A DNA stretch of 64,000 bases, taken from positions 23,314,001 to 23,378,000 of the forward strand of contig NC_058369.1 of assembly GCF_018350175.1 (NCBI RefSeq), read 5' to 3'. The notes beneath the pieces were generated by a model. That model was not told the origin of the DNA. It did no database searches and was given only the letters and a program-made list of their open reading frames with translations. Position numbers and translations under genes: made by a program. This DNA comes from Felis catus (Eukaryota). Positions 51,646 to 64,000 of this stretch are shown here, piece by piece (positions within the stretch are counted from its first letter, which is position 1; each line of letters starts with the position of its first letter).

Positions 51646-53124
51646 CGCCTTTATTTGGATCTATTGAGTTTTCTCTATTCCATTTCTCCCTTACTGGCGT
51701 GTAAGTTACACACTCTTTTCTTGTGATATTTATCCATAACCTTGGTACATATTTCAGGATCTCTTCCCTCCTCCAAAACAAACTCTTAAATCTCTAACTT
51801 GGATTAACTCCCATCCCTTTCTTGTGATATTTCCTAACATTTTAACTATGTTGTGTTTTTAACCCACCAAATATGTTGTTATTATTGCCTGTAGTAAATA
51901 AGATGTTTACCAATTTGTTTACTCCCTATTTTTTAAAAACCATAGCTTCTTGTTTTATAGTACTTTAGAAATTCCTTTCAGGAATGATCTAGGAGTGGTA
52001 AATTATCTCATTCTTTGTCTGAAATGCTTTATGTGCTATATATTCTGCAGTGATCATTTAACTCCATGCTATCTAAATTGAAATATTTTAAAGATACTGT
52101 TCCATTGTGTCCTGAGTGTTAGCTTTGCACCTCTATAGGTGTTCTGGTGTTTCCCCACTCAGAGGGCTTTTAAAGGGCTTCTCTTTGATATTCCGAAGTT
52201 TCACCACCATGTGTCTAGATAGAAATTTACTTCTGTGTGCTTAAATACTTCATTCTGAGTAATTTCCTTAAACTTCAGTTCACTGATTTCCTTCTGATTG
52301 TGTCTAGTCCACTGCTCAGAGTCCATTGAGTTTTTGATGTGGATGTCTTTCTCTTTACTTCTCGATGTTTTATTTGTTTCTTTTAAAAATCTGTGCATTC
52401 TCACATGCTTTAAAGTCGCTAAGAAAGTGAACTTTAAAATATCTGTGTATTTTTAATAAGACTTAAGAGTCTTATTCTTGAATTTTCTGTACCTAATTAT
52501 AAAGACTTTTTAAGTTTGTTTTTGCACTTTAAATTTGGTGTTGGGGGCGGGGCACCAATTTCCTTGTCGCTTGTGTCTTCTTTCTTTCCTGGTAGAAAAT
52601 TTGCTCATGTGTTCTGTCATCTTTGACCATGGACTGATTTTTACTATTAATTATTTTTGTGGGAACAGAATAGAGCTCGAGTCTCCTTTCACAGATTTAC
52701 AGTTGGACTTTAATCACGCATCCTGTTAGTATTGACTGCCTGTGAATTCTCGTTACGTAAGTTTTTGTGTTTAGGAGTTTCTGCATCATATAATTACTGT
52801 AAATATTTTTCCTAGGCAGCATGTAGTTTCGGCTTAAAGTTTGATTTCTCATGCTAATATTGTTTTTCCTGTTCAGACCTCAGAAGTACCAGATTATCAG
52901 CTTTTTTATACTTAGTTACAAATGTACAAGTTGGCCTTTGGTATCTTGTCTTGTAAATTCTTTTGTATTTAAACATGCTTGTATTGTTTAACTGTTGCAC
53001 ACAGCATGTCTCTGTGTTTAAAAGAGAATGGCTTCCATATTGGCTTAATCCACCATGTTCCAGTTCACTGTTCGGACTGAGGACTTTCTGGAGCCACCAC
53101 AAGAAACCCTGGATGTGTAGCAGT

Positions 53125-53595
53125 TTAGCACAGGAGCTGTGGAATCAGGGAGCTCAGAGTGTGAGTCCTAACTCCCGTAATCACTAGCTGTGTGACCTTG
53201 GGCAAAAACCTAAACTCTCTGAGACTCAGCTTCTTCCTGGGTAATTTGGGGGATAGTAATAGTAAGCATATCATAGCCTTATAAGAATTAAGTGGGAAGA
53301 GGCACCTTGGTGGCTTAGTAATTTGAGCATCTGACTTCGGCTCAGGTCATGATCTCACAGTCAGTGAGTTTGAGCCCTGCGTCAGGCTCTATGCTGACAG
53401 CTCTGAGCCTGGACCCTGTTTCCGATTCTGTGTCTCCCTCTCTGTCTGCTCCTTCCCTACTCACGCTCTGTCTCTGTCTCTCAAGAAAGAATAAACATTA
53501 CAAAAACATTTTTTTAAAGAATTAAGTGAGAAAATTTATGCTGTAAATTTAGCATGGTGTCTGGGACAGAGTAAGTTCTCAATAAACGGCCACAT
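53125..53595 (+). mobile_element. MIR interrupted by a CanSINE
   Basis: ctagctgtgtgaccttgggcaa...ctcagcttcttc core before the SINE; gtaagttctcaataaa tail after it. Confidence 0.8.
53299..53516 (+). mobile_element. CanSINE
   Basis: TSD aagaattaagtg at 53283-53294 and 53517-53528. Confidence 0.94.
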
Positions 53596-54092
53596 TTAAT
53601 ACTAGCATAATGCTATACTAACTGTATGCAAAGATTTTAACCCCCGTTAGCTATTCTGTTAAAATGTGGGGTTTCCTTTTTATAGTCTAGCATCACTTCA
53701 CTACTGTAGAATTCCTGTAGAAAAAGGTACAACATATATATACCTCTGATGGCCAGAGTTCATGTATGACTTAAGTAAGGATTATTGACAAGTCATGGCA
53801 CTGTGGCTCTGTGAAGTAGACTCCACTGGCTTTATAATGACTACAAACCTTTTTGACCAGAGGGTATTATATTCTTAGTAGTTGTTAACTCCAGATTCAG
53901 TTGGCGGCCAGCATCTCTTAGTGCGTGATAGGCAATCAGATTTAGTGCACTAACTTAGGTTTCTCATTTCCATTCTAAATGAGAAAACAAATAGAACCAA
54001 GATAGATGATTGCTAAGGCAAGCAATGTTTTTCCTTATTGACTTGTAATTAAAAGCCAAAAATACAAATGCAGTTTGATTAAGATTAAAGTA

Positions 54093-54216
54093 GGGGCTCC
54101 TGGGCGGCTCAGTCTGTTAAGCATCTGACTCTTGGTTTTGGCTCAGGTCTTGATCCAGGGTGGTGAGTTCAAGCGCTGTCTTGGGCTCTGTGCTGGGCAT
54201 GAAGCCTGCTTAAGAA

Positions 54217-54252
<36 letters not shown>
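54093..54252 (+). mobile_element. older CanSINE ending in (CT)n with no A-tail
   Basis: ggggctcctgggcggctcagtc head; gaagcctgcttaag then (CT)n. Confidence 0.85.
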
Positions 54253-54256
<4 letters not shown>

Positions 54257-54649
54257 GACCAGAATGGGGACTTGTGCTTTCCCTTTCTTTTTTAGTAAAC
54301 TTTTTATTGATGTGCAGCACATACAGAAAAGTGTACAAACCAGATTAATTAACTTAAACAGCACTCAGGCTGAGAAGTGAATGAACATTGCAAGCCCCTT
54401 GGAGGACCTCTTCCTGCCCCTGCTGGGTGCAGCCTCCTTTTTTACCATATGACAACCACTGTCTTGAATTCTTATGTCAGTGATTGCTTTTACTTGTTTC
54501 TCACTTCTAACTTGGGAGATGGCAATCAGTTCATAAGATAGGAGGGCTGACGTATTAATGACCTTGAAGGGAGTTTCTAAGGAATCAGCTTAGAGAACAA
54601 AATAAGGCCTTAGGGGGGAAAAATATAGCCCAGGACTTCAGCGTACATT

Positions 54650-55030
54650 TCTTTATTGTCGGTTCTGTCCTAGATACTGGGCCACATTGTTGGGGACCAG
54701 AAGCAAATGAGGCACACACAATTCTTGCCCTCATGGAGTTTACAGATGGGTAACTAGGCAATGTCAACACTCCATGCTTAGGGCTAGGATTATTGAGTAT
54801 ATGTCGCATGGAAGCACAGAAGGGAGGCTTGGGGTGGTCAAGACAGGCTTCCTTAGAAGCAGACCACCGGGATACAAAGGAGTCAGTAGGTAAGAACATC
54901 CAGGCAGAGGGAAGAGCCATGTGTAGATAAGAGGAATTGTAGTCTGTTCACAGATTGTTAGAAGTTCAGGGAAGCTGGAACAGAGAGCTGAAGGTGAAGA
55001 GGGATGGGAAAAATGCCAGCAATAAGGGTG
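54650..55030 (-). mobile_element. L2 fragment
   Basis: cttgccctcatggagtttaca, caggcttccttagaag, catccaggcagagggaagagccatgtg. Confidence 0.7.
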
Positions 55031-56842
55031 GCAGTGGTGATCTCTTTGGGCAGGAAGTCATGATTCAGAAGGACCATGCTGCCCACCATTCCCCTGCACA
55101 GCACACACACCCATACCGACTCTGGTCCTGATAGAGTGAAAAACCCATTTGTATCCCCTCCTCCATCTCCTCCTCTTTTTAAGGGCTAGAAATCGACAGA
55201 TCAGCTGGGGTAACTAGATGAGTGAGAAACCAATCTGTGACTATTTTTTTTCTAATCCAAAAATCATCCTATAACTCTCATATCATACAAAACAGGCTCA
55301 TGACAATAGTCTCAGATGCTCTTGAAGGACCAAGTCTTTTATTATCTTTTGCATATCTCTTTCCCTCTTTCCTTTCCCCATCTTATGAAAGGAAATTTGT
55401 TAGAAAATATATCTGAGTATTTCTCAAAGTATATATGAAGATAACAACTTACATTTTAAATTATCTTCATCTTCTTGGAATGAAATATGTTAAGGAGAAA
55501 AATAATGTTATTTTGTCATCTTTCCCTTGTTGACGGCTGGTAGATATTTCAGGACAATGGCCTACACGTTTGCTGTCAACCAGGAAGCTGAATTCACACG
55601 TCTGCTTTACATCTAATTCCTGTAGAAATTTGTCAACCTCTGCCTGGAAAGAGTGAGATTCTACAGGACTGGTTCTCTAAGACAATTACTAATCCTTGAC
55701 CAACTTCGTAGGTAACTTCAGGTCAGGGGCAGTGACATTCAAAAATAACACAATTCTGCAGCCTTTGGCCAGGAGTGAGTTGGAAACGGAGTTTGGTGAA
55801 AATTATAGCATTTCAGAAATTACGCACTAAGATCTTTTTCAAAGAAAAACATCTCGCCTCCCGCAATGGAACATACAAAACTGTGTCCATTACAAACCCT
55901 TCTCAAGGCAGCGATTACTTTCCTCCACAAGCAATGGCAAACCATAGAGTAGCAATCCCAGGGAACTGTGCGCTTCCCACGGGAACATGCCTCATGCTGC
56001 ATGTTGTTGTGGACTGTCACCAACAATCTGCCCATCTCTTAGAAGCAATCAGATGTCCTTGCTGCTTAAACATGTTGCTAGAACTCAGGAAACCGTGTCA
56101 GGTGGTTCTGGCCGTATCGTCCAAGTCTTTCTGGTCTCCGGTAATCTTTGAAGACCGACTGCTCCTAACTCTGTTTTTGTGCCTGTTTCCAGAGTCACTC
56201 GATGGTTTTATATGGAAAATACATCAAGAGGTGACTCAGTTGCTCTACATAGAAACCTTCAAATTGGCAACTCTAGAAGTGGACATCTAGCCGTCAATGC
56301 CATAGACAGCTATAGTATAACAGAAGGACAGTATGCAATGTTTAAAAAAGGATTTTCAAAAATATAGGGTTTATTAAGAATGCAGGAGCCTAAAAGAAAA
56401 TAAGAATTTACATAAGAATGTCATTAGGGTTGGTGGTTTGGCTGCGTTAACCAATAATTTTCGTCATTCAATATCCCACTGATTATTAAATTAATCTGTT
56501 ATTCAAACAGCAATCGAAAACAACTCAGCCCATATTTTCTGGGCATTTGTGACTGTCAACAAGTTGAACAAAATTGGGGATCTAAAGAGAATGTAATGTT
56601 TTACTATTTTCCAATACGTTTCTCTCCTTCTTGATACCCTCCCAGCCTTTGCTGAGATGGGGATCCACTTGGAATGAAAATCAACTGCTAAATTAACTAC
56701 TTCTAGCCTGTTAAGAAAAATAATTAATCAAGAGTAAAGGGGAACATGTGTAACGCATACAACGCCTGAGCTTTAAAAACCTTGTCATGTTACAATGCTG
56801 GCAAGATATTCGTTTTTTAAGGCAAATTAGATTTTTTTTTTG

Positions 56843-56844
<2 letters not shown>

Positions 56845-56875
<31 letters not shown>
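56845..56875. repeat. (TG)n microsatellite
   Basis: seen directly. Confidence 0.95.
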
Positions 56876-56877
<2 letters not shown>

Positions 56878-57329
56878 AATGTGTGCGGATGTCCTTTTTT
56901 TTGGGGGGGGGGGTGGTATCACTCATCGCTTTTCATAAAAATTATGTTGCCATCAGTTTCACTTTGGGATCAGAACGCAAGCTTTGCTCATCTTCTTGGA
57001 AGCCCCGAAAGCTGTGGCTACACTTTTCCTTCTCTCATCACTTCTCCCCATGAGCCTTTCATTTGTCCGCTAAACTGAAAGAAAGTAATTGGTCTCGAAG
57101 CTGCGTTGACATGTTTCGTGGGCTCCAGTTCAGAGAACCATCGTTCAGGGATTCCATTTTCCTGCAAACTTCTCCAATTTCCTGTTGGGGTCTCACACTG
57201 GGTGGGCGTTTTACCGCAAGTCTTCAGACTGTTCCCAGCGAATGCCCTGCAGGTGTTCTTACCAGTGGGCCTTCTGGAAACGACCTGTAAAATGGATCCA
57301 TTGCACAATGGGGACACGGTGCCTTCCTG

Positions 57330-57545
57330 AGTCAAGGCTAAGAGGCTGGGCTCTGGGGCTGGACTACAGTCTGGGCTATCACACTTAATCATGCAAGATT
57401 TTAATCAGTTATTTAAATGTTCTGGGCTCTGCTCATCTCCCCAAGGACCTGCCTCATAGGATCTCTGTGTGGATTAAAAAAAAAAAAAAGTATAACCCTC
57501 ATAGTTAGCACAGTGCCCAGCGCAGAGTAAATGCTGCATAAATGG
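57330..57545 (+). mobile_element. MIR
   Basis: ctaagaggctgggctctgg...cctcataggatctctgtgtggattaaa...ttagcacagtgcccagc. Confidence 0.7.
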
Positions 57546-60500
57546 GAGATATTTTTATAGAGCACAATCCACAAACCCATCTGTGTTGACAGGGATGTAG
57601 GAAAACCACAGAACTCCAGTCAGGCTCTTCTTCCAGATTTCTTAGCCCGGAAGGTAAAACTAATAGTTTCAATCAGGAAAAGTAGTTGGTGAGGTTTTTG
57701 CTCCAATGAGACTGTCCTAGATAAAGTGGATCTTGGATTTTTGCCACTTCTTGGATCTACTTGAGCTCTTGGTTCGTAAAAAAAAAAAAAAAAAAAGATT
57801 TTTGGAAATCTGAATTAAGGACTACACATACTCAATAGTGATCAGATACTTCATTACACAAATTGGACACAGGCTTTGCCAGTGGGAGTACATTAGTGTC
57901 ATGAATAATGTAATTTGTAGGCGTTAAAATGTAACAGTTTTAACCACTTAATTTGCAAGCATACACTAATTTGTTGAAATATTTTTGTATCTCCTGCTCT
58001 ATAGATTCTTGCCAAACTACTGTACTCAATCTTGTTTAAAATGTGTAAATAAATGTGATTCAATTTCCCATGAAATAATCATTGGCCCTTTCCAACGGGC
58101 TTAGTTCACTTCTAAACAAGACAACTTTCCATTCTACAATGAGATTAACACCAAAGGTCAAATTCTTCCCTTTGGAGATTGAGAGTGGTGCATTTTTTTT
58201 TTCTCCAAATTTTCCCTTGGTGTCATTTACTCACTTACACCTTGCCATGTTGGCTGGTAATATACAGAGCTGTGTCCCTTTGAATTTTACAGTGTCACAC
58301 CCCAGCTGTGGTGGAGGAAAGCCAGCCACCTCCTCCTTGCTAGGTTCTTGCTTCCTGTTCTACAGCTCAGAAAGGTGGTAGGAATAACTTCTGGATCCTA
58401 AAAGCAATTCCTTTCCAACACAAAAGATTTAAAACATGAATATGCAATCTGGAAGCTTCTCAACACTTGGTCATCTAATGTTGAGAATGTGCCACTCATC
58501 CCTTACCCTTAATAAAGGGCCGCCTTCTTTTCATATTATAGGTATGGTGCCAGGTTTGAATAATTCAATACTGGCTCTTACAGTCAACAACCTAGTTAGT
58601 GCTGTGTGTGTGTGGTTGCTAAAAACATGCTGGCTTTAAACTTTAAAAAAAGGGGAAAGGGAGGTAAATGCTTATCGTGGGAGCTGTATTTTGAGTTGTT
58701 GAAATAGTGCCGGAAGATGAAAATATGTCCCGGAGGCATTAGAATAATTGGGATTAAAACCTCTGGTTGAATTTCCTACCAGTTCTTCTGGATCTCAACT
58801 CAATGAGGTACTTTAGTGGAGACTGGACTTCACTGATTCTTTCTCAGATGCTCAAAGGAAGAAAGGTGCCCTATTGCAAACACAAGGACGATTACGACTT
58901 TGAGGTTCCAGATAGAATGGTGGTTGTGTAGATGTTGCTATCTTTACTTGCCCTTTGATAATCAGTATTTGGAGAGGTTTTAGTACAGGAAATGTTGTAA
59001 ATTACTGTTTTCCCTCGCGAGTCCGTGATGCAAAATGAGAGGGGCGCATGTCTGTAATGAGTAGGCAGGTCTCTACCTGACATGAATGAGTCTCACAATT
59101 TCCCATTTGTGCATTTCTTAATGTGTGGGAAAGCGGGGTGGGAGCATATGTAAGTTTGGCTGGGCTCACAACACAGTGAGGCTTTCCTCTTCCATGCCGG
59201 AGGGTAGGAGACCAGCATAGCCAAGGAGTATTTTTAGAATGTTTATTTGCACGGGGAACGGAGGAGTGCAGAGCTGTGTCCACACCATTGACGTTGTCGA
59301 GCTGCATTTCTGCGGTGCATTGTCTCCATCCCAATGGCTGTTTGTGCTGTGACGCCCACCATCCCCACCTCAAAGAGCAGTCTGTGTTCCTCCCTTGGGC
59401 TGCCCGGTGCTGCACCTGAAGTGGCTTAGCAAGTTGCCAAAACCCTATAGATGTGTGTTTATTAACTCTCCAGCTTGCCCTCCATTTGTTTAGCTTGGAA
59501 AGAGTTTATATATTCCTATGGGTATTAAAAACCCATCTGATGTATTAAAGGAGCTCAAAGGATCAAAGCAGAAATGCTGCTTGAAATGCAGCATATTGAA
59601 TATAGACATAAAATTTCTAGACACGAACCACTTTTTCACAGGACATTTTGTATACTCAAGAAGGGAATTCATTTTTTAATGATCAGCTTTTCTTCGAGAC
59701 TTGGCATTTCTCTCTCTCTCTCTCTCTCTTTCAGGTGACCTCCACTTCCACCTTTTTAGGATTGCTTATGATTTTGACAGGAAAACCCCTTGGCAACCTA
59801 GGGTGGAGGCAAGCATTAACCTCAGTACCACCTTTCATGCCTAGGAAGATATAGCCCAAGATCCTTAACAAACACATCAGCCACTGGTTAATGACCAAGG
59901 TTCTTTGCGCATTGGGAAGAAAAATGGGTGGAGAGGTTATAAGATGAGGATCAGAATCACCCATGATCCACATAACTAGAGGTGTAAGTGATCAGTCAGA
60001 GTGATGTGGGAGAAATTCTCAGGCTAGAATCTTTATAGCAGATGCTTCTCAAACAAAACTCTCTGCTACTGACTTTTAGAAAACAAATTATGTATTTCAG
60101 GAATGATTCCATTTCTGTTGAAGTAGGTTGCCCCTGCAGTCCTGCATTATTTGAGTACCTCCCAGCCTGTATGAGAATTTATACATGATTTCTGGTTATT
60201 GAATGTCTACTTTTTGCTAAGCGCTTCATATCTATTTCCATGTATCTTGTTCTTCCCATTTGTTCGTTTCTTCTGCATTTTGCCAAGTAGGAACCTGAGG
60301 CTCAGAGGAGTTAAGCCCTTGACCAGTGTTACAGAGCTGCTAAATTCTAGATTTGGGTTAGATCAGCATCTTCCTGACACTGAAGCCTGATAGAGAATTC
60401 CTCTGGCATCCAGGAAAAAGCGTCTCCATCATAGCACCAAGTCACCTATGTCAGACCGAGTTCATCTCACCATGAAGGTTTATTTGGGAAACTGACAATT

Positions 60501-60689
60501 CTACCAATTCATTTGATCTATGGGAAGAAATTACAAACATCCAATTTGACAAGAGCCATATACTTCCTGAATACCAGTTTCATGCAATTCTCCATCTGAC
60601 CTACTTGGAGGGTTTCTTGCAGTGCCTAGTGCATTGCTGTTTAAGCGTGTGTTTCTTTGTCTTCCTCACACACCAAATCAGGTGAAATA

Positions 60690-60950
60690 GGCTGGAACAG
60701 TGGTAAAAAGTAGTTCAGGCTTTGGTGTCGTCATGCAAACCAGGGTTTGAATTCTTAGTCCCATGGCTTCCTAACTGGGCGACCTTTGCCTGTGAGTGAA
60801 TTACCCATCTTAGTTGCCATCTGGTCATCTGAAAGATGATGATGCTAATAGTGTCTACAGGGGGGCTGGGTTGATGTGACTATTACAAGGTACAATTATT
60901 TTTAAAAAGCTTCATCCAGCCCCTGGCATTTAGTTGGTATTCAATGGCTC
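60690..60950 (+). mobile_element. MIR
   Basis: cagtggtaaaaag...gggtttgaattc...catctgaaagatgatgatg...cctggcatttagttggtattcaat. Confidence 0.65.
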
Positions 60951-61391
60951 AGTCTTCTACTGAATTCAATATAGATGGGGCATGTCATGTTAATTCCTGT
61001 ATTCTTAGCACTTAAAATACAGCTTTGCATATAAAATAGTATTCAGAAAAGTGTTGATTGAGATAGAGTTTCCCAAGAGCCTTGTAAGTGAGCAACAGAG
61101 GACAGGGTGTGTTTGTAATTCCAGTAGCTGAGACACCTGTTATTTTTGTGTGATATTTGAAAACAAATATGTGTGTGTTTTGGAAACAACTAAAAGCTCA
61201 TATTACCCAGAGCGAAAAGAGAACTTTGTGATTCTCCTTAGGAAAAGAGAAGATGGTCCAGAGAAGGGAAGATGCTTGCCTAATGTCCCACAGGGAAAAA
61301 GCAGGTGATTCCAGATGCAAAGCCCAGGCGACAGCCTATTAAGAATTTTTCTCTGTCACATTGCTTCTTCTCCATAGCTGATAATTTTTTA

Positions 61392-61599
61392 TAATTTTTT
61401 TTTAACGTTTATTCATTTTTTGAGAGAGAGAGAGCATGAGCCGGGAAGGGGCAGAGAGAGGGAGACACAGAATCTGAAGCAGGCTCCAGGCTCTGAGCTG
61501 TCCACACAGAGCCCATTGCGGGGTTCGAACTCACAAACTGCGAGACCATGACCTGAGCTGAAGTTGGAAGCTCAACCGACTGACCAACCCAGGCACCCC
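61392..61599 (-). mobile_element. CanSINE
   Basis: TSD atagctga(t/c)aattttt at ~61374 and ~61601. Confidence 0.95.
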
Positions 61600-61849
61600 A
61601 ATAGCTGACAATTTTTTAAGTAACTATTAACTAACTGAATGCATAAATAAAATACAATATACAAATATAGTAAGTAATTCAAATAGTATATGAGGATATG
61701 CAGTGAGAATTGGATCTCCCCCATAGCTGGTAACTTTTAAAATAACTATTAACTAAACACATAAATGAGCAATTATACAAAGTATGATATACAGATATAG
61801 TCAATAATTCAAATAGTGTAAGGATATGCAGTGAGAATGAAATCTCCCA

Positions 61850-63090
61850 CCACCCATTACCCCTGAATCCTGTCTAGAGGACAGCCATTGTTTCTAGGTC
61901 CTAGTGCACCCGTCCAAGGATGTCTTATGCAAATAAAAGCACACATTTTTTAATACCACTCATTTTTTTCTACAGGAATGAGAACATAGTATACATACTG
62001 TACTTCACTTTTTTTCCACCTGATATATCTGAAACTATCTTTACATCATTACCTAGATTTGTTTTTTTATTAAAAAAAAGGGGGGGGGGGTTACCTGAGA
62101 TTCCATTGGGAGGGATATTTTCATTTAACCCAAATTAGACCCCAAACATTGGCTACTTGAAGCAGAGTAGAAAGGAATGTTTTCATGCACATAATTTATT
62201 TGTATGGTAAATGACGAGAAGAATTGATGGGTCAAAGTGTATGCATGTTTGTGATTTTGATATATCCTGCAGAAATGCACTGTGGTGATGTGAAGCCAAT
62301 TTGCATTCCTAAATCCTCATAAAGGATTTACTTTAGTTATACTCTTACCGGCATAGCGCATTACCAAAATGTTGTGTCCTTTGCCAATCTGGGAGATGAA
62401 AAATGGAATATCATTGTTATCTTAACTCTGCTTTTAATGACTGAGGCCAAATATATTTTCTATGTTTTAAAGCCACTTACATTTCTCCCTCTGTGGGTTC
62501 TCTAATTATGCCCTTACTTCTCTTTTCCTCTTATTAGTCTGTTGGTATTCTCTTCTTTTAAGATATTCAACTTTTATATTGAACTTATAGAATAACAATA
62601 TTAACTATTTCTTAGCCCATGTGTTATATGAAAAACAGAGCTCATCATAATGATTTTGTCATTACAAAGTCATACATGGCCACATGGAAATGGTAGAGAA
62701 TTACCTGTAGTCTCATCCTCCAGAAGCAAAACCACTGATAGACGTTTGCTGTGTTTGCTTTCGTTCATGTTTTCTGTAAATTCTTTTTGTTTTATTTTGT
62801 TTTTCAAAAATGGCACAATATTATAAATATTATTTTATAATGTGCTTTTTTAAAATTTGAAACATCATGAGCATATGTTATTGCCCTGAAATAAATCTGC
62901 AACATAAATTCTTAAAATAACGACACGGTGTGTAGGTTTACTAGTTTCCTTAACCAGCCCCATTTAGGCTGTTCATAATATTTGCTGTATAAGTAATGAC
63001 ATCACAAATGAATGTCTTTACTCTTAAAACTCCATGTATCCATGTAATGATACTTTCAATGATACTTTTAGTATCAATTCCTAGAAGTAA
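61850..63090 (-). mobile_element. old L1 (L1ME-like) 3' fragments
   Basis: gaattgatgggtcaaagtgtatgcatg, aatttgcattcc, tttgccaatctgggagatgaaaaatgg, tcaattcctagaagt. Confidence 0.6.
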
Positions 63091-64000
63091 AAGAGTAAAA
63101 AAACCATTCTTTGTGAAGATAAATCTTGATGACAGTTAGTTTTCATGCTACAGATATATAAATGTTTATTTTTCTTTTGATTCCTTTTTCTGTTGCTTAT
63201 TTTCAGGGATATGATGTAACTTTTATAAAGAATAGATAATAGAGAGAAGTTACTTTCCAAAACACTGGCTCCAGGAAGATGTGGTGCCAGCTGAGGGTAG
63301 AAACTTAATTTGGTTTAAGCTTTTATTTCTTATAAGGTGATAGAGGAGAAGCCTGTTTGCAATTTAGCCTAAGACGTAAGAAAAACAGAAAGTACAGTAG
63401 TGATAGACAGGTTTACACAGTTAATACTTTTGTTAGTAATCATTTATAAACCTCCTTAGATGATTTTTTTAAGGCCACGTTTAACAAAAAGTATCGACTT
63501 CTAGTGGGGTGCCAAGTTAATTATTTCAACTTAATAAGCAACACTGAAATGACGTTACACAGGCTGGTGGAGGGGGTCACAGAAAAATGAGCTTCAGAAA
63601 CACTTTCTGAATGTGTGAGCATGGCTGTAAGTACAACCAATCAGGAAAATTAAAGCAACATGAAAAATTGTTGAGATTAATGAGCCTTGATGAAAACAGG
63701 ATAAAGTGCTCAGGTGTATAAATTCACACAGTTCTCTGAGCTGGCCTCTGTGGTCCAGAATGCTTATGTAGCCTACAGTCCATCTCTCAAATAAATTATG
63801 CTAATGCTATTGATTCCAACCGTTTCCTGACTAGGCCATTCATCACCTCTTGTGTCTCTGCACAGCCTTCAAATGCATGCCTATCAAGCTTGGAAAACTG
63901 AATTGGTTTTTAAGAAAGGAGGCAAAACAAATAATACACAACCTTGTTTTCTAGGCTTGCAAATTGCATGCCAGGAAAGAAAGATGGATGGTCAGGGTAT

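Larger units (their letters stand above)
46480..52700 (-). mobile_element. old, decayed L1 (L1M-type) relic with nested SINEs, L1 3' fragments and simple repeats
   Basis: T-rich antisense L1 motifs (tttcacatttagg, ggaatttatttgtgtgtgtgg, taattttgtaatcagcttgttaatttc, ttttctacatccatt, gtttggtaaaatttaccc); no intact ORF; boundaries approximate. Confidence 0.75.

Noticed and set aside
51717..51832. 15-bp direct repeat tttcttgtgatattt about 100 bp apart
   Set aside because: T-rich context inside a decayed L1 with no identifiable insert between the copies
55775..56290. 171-aa plus-strand ORF as a further CACNA2D3 exon or retrogene
   Set aside because: Does not match the expected next peptide (recalled as SFVIQQIPSSNLF...); GTG start, no poly(A)/TSD
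59708..59740. (CT)n-TTTCAG acceptor-like site
   Set aside because: Created by a microsatellite; downstream sequence is not alpha2delta-like and no convincing nearby donor was found
5165..61599. tRNA-like A/B-box sequences as tRNA genes
   Set aside because: All are CanSINE heads followed by SINE bodies, tails or TSDs
1..64000. Prokaryotic-type systems (CRISPR, operons), intact retroviral or L1 ORFs, miRNA/snoRNA genes
   Set aside because: No regular repeat-spacer array, no long ORF and no recognisable ncRNA; an Rfam/Infernal scan would be needed to exclude small RNAs formally

Overview
Mammalian, carnivore and almost certainly felid, genomic DNA: it carries about 20 tRNA-derived CanSINEs, mostly of the SINEC_Fc type. 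The window is intragenic. It holds eight consecutive internal coding exons of CACNA2D3 (voltage-gated calcium channel alpha2delta-3 subunit) on the + strand: 7134-7195, 8415-8459, 16001-16063, 19235-19305, 32715-32790, 35422-35474, 37014-37069 and 46042-46153. All have AG/GT boundaries and compatible phases, and they splice to 538 nt: (A)VGIQMKLEFFQRKFWTASRQ|CASLDGKCSISCDDE|TVNCYLIDNNGFILVSEDYTQ|TGDFFGEVEGAVMNKLLTMGSFKR|ITLYDYQAMCRANKDSSDSASGLLD|PYHAFLAAVKWIMTELVL|FLVEFNLCSWWHSDMAATA|QKLKQTLEPCDTEYPAFVSERTIKETSGNIACEDCS(K). This covers the C-terminal part of alpha2 and the start of delta. The rest is intron containing CanSINEs, MIR, L2, old L1, hAT MITEs (MER3/MER5/MER20/MER58/MER91-like), an MLT1 LTR and microsatellites. 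I see no convincing new biological system. The most worthwhile leads are substitutions at the presumed alpha2/delta cleavage site, a candidate frame-preserving 9-nt microexon, inverted SINE pairs flanking exons, nested or young SINEs, and TE-poor candidate enhancers. Gene and repeat-family calls come from recall of consensus sequences, not from a database search, and boundaries of the old repeats are approximate.
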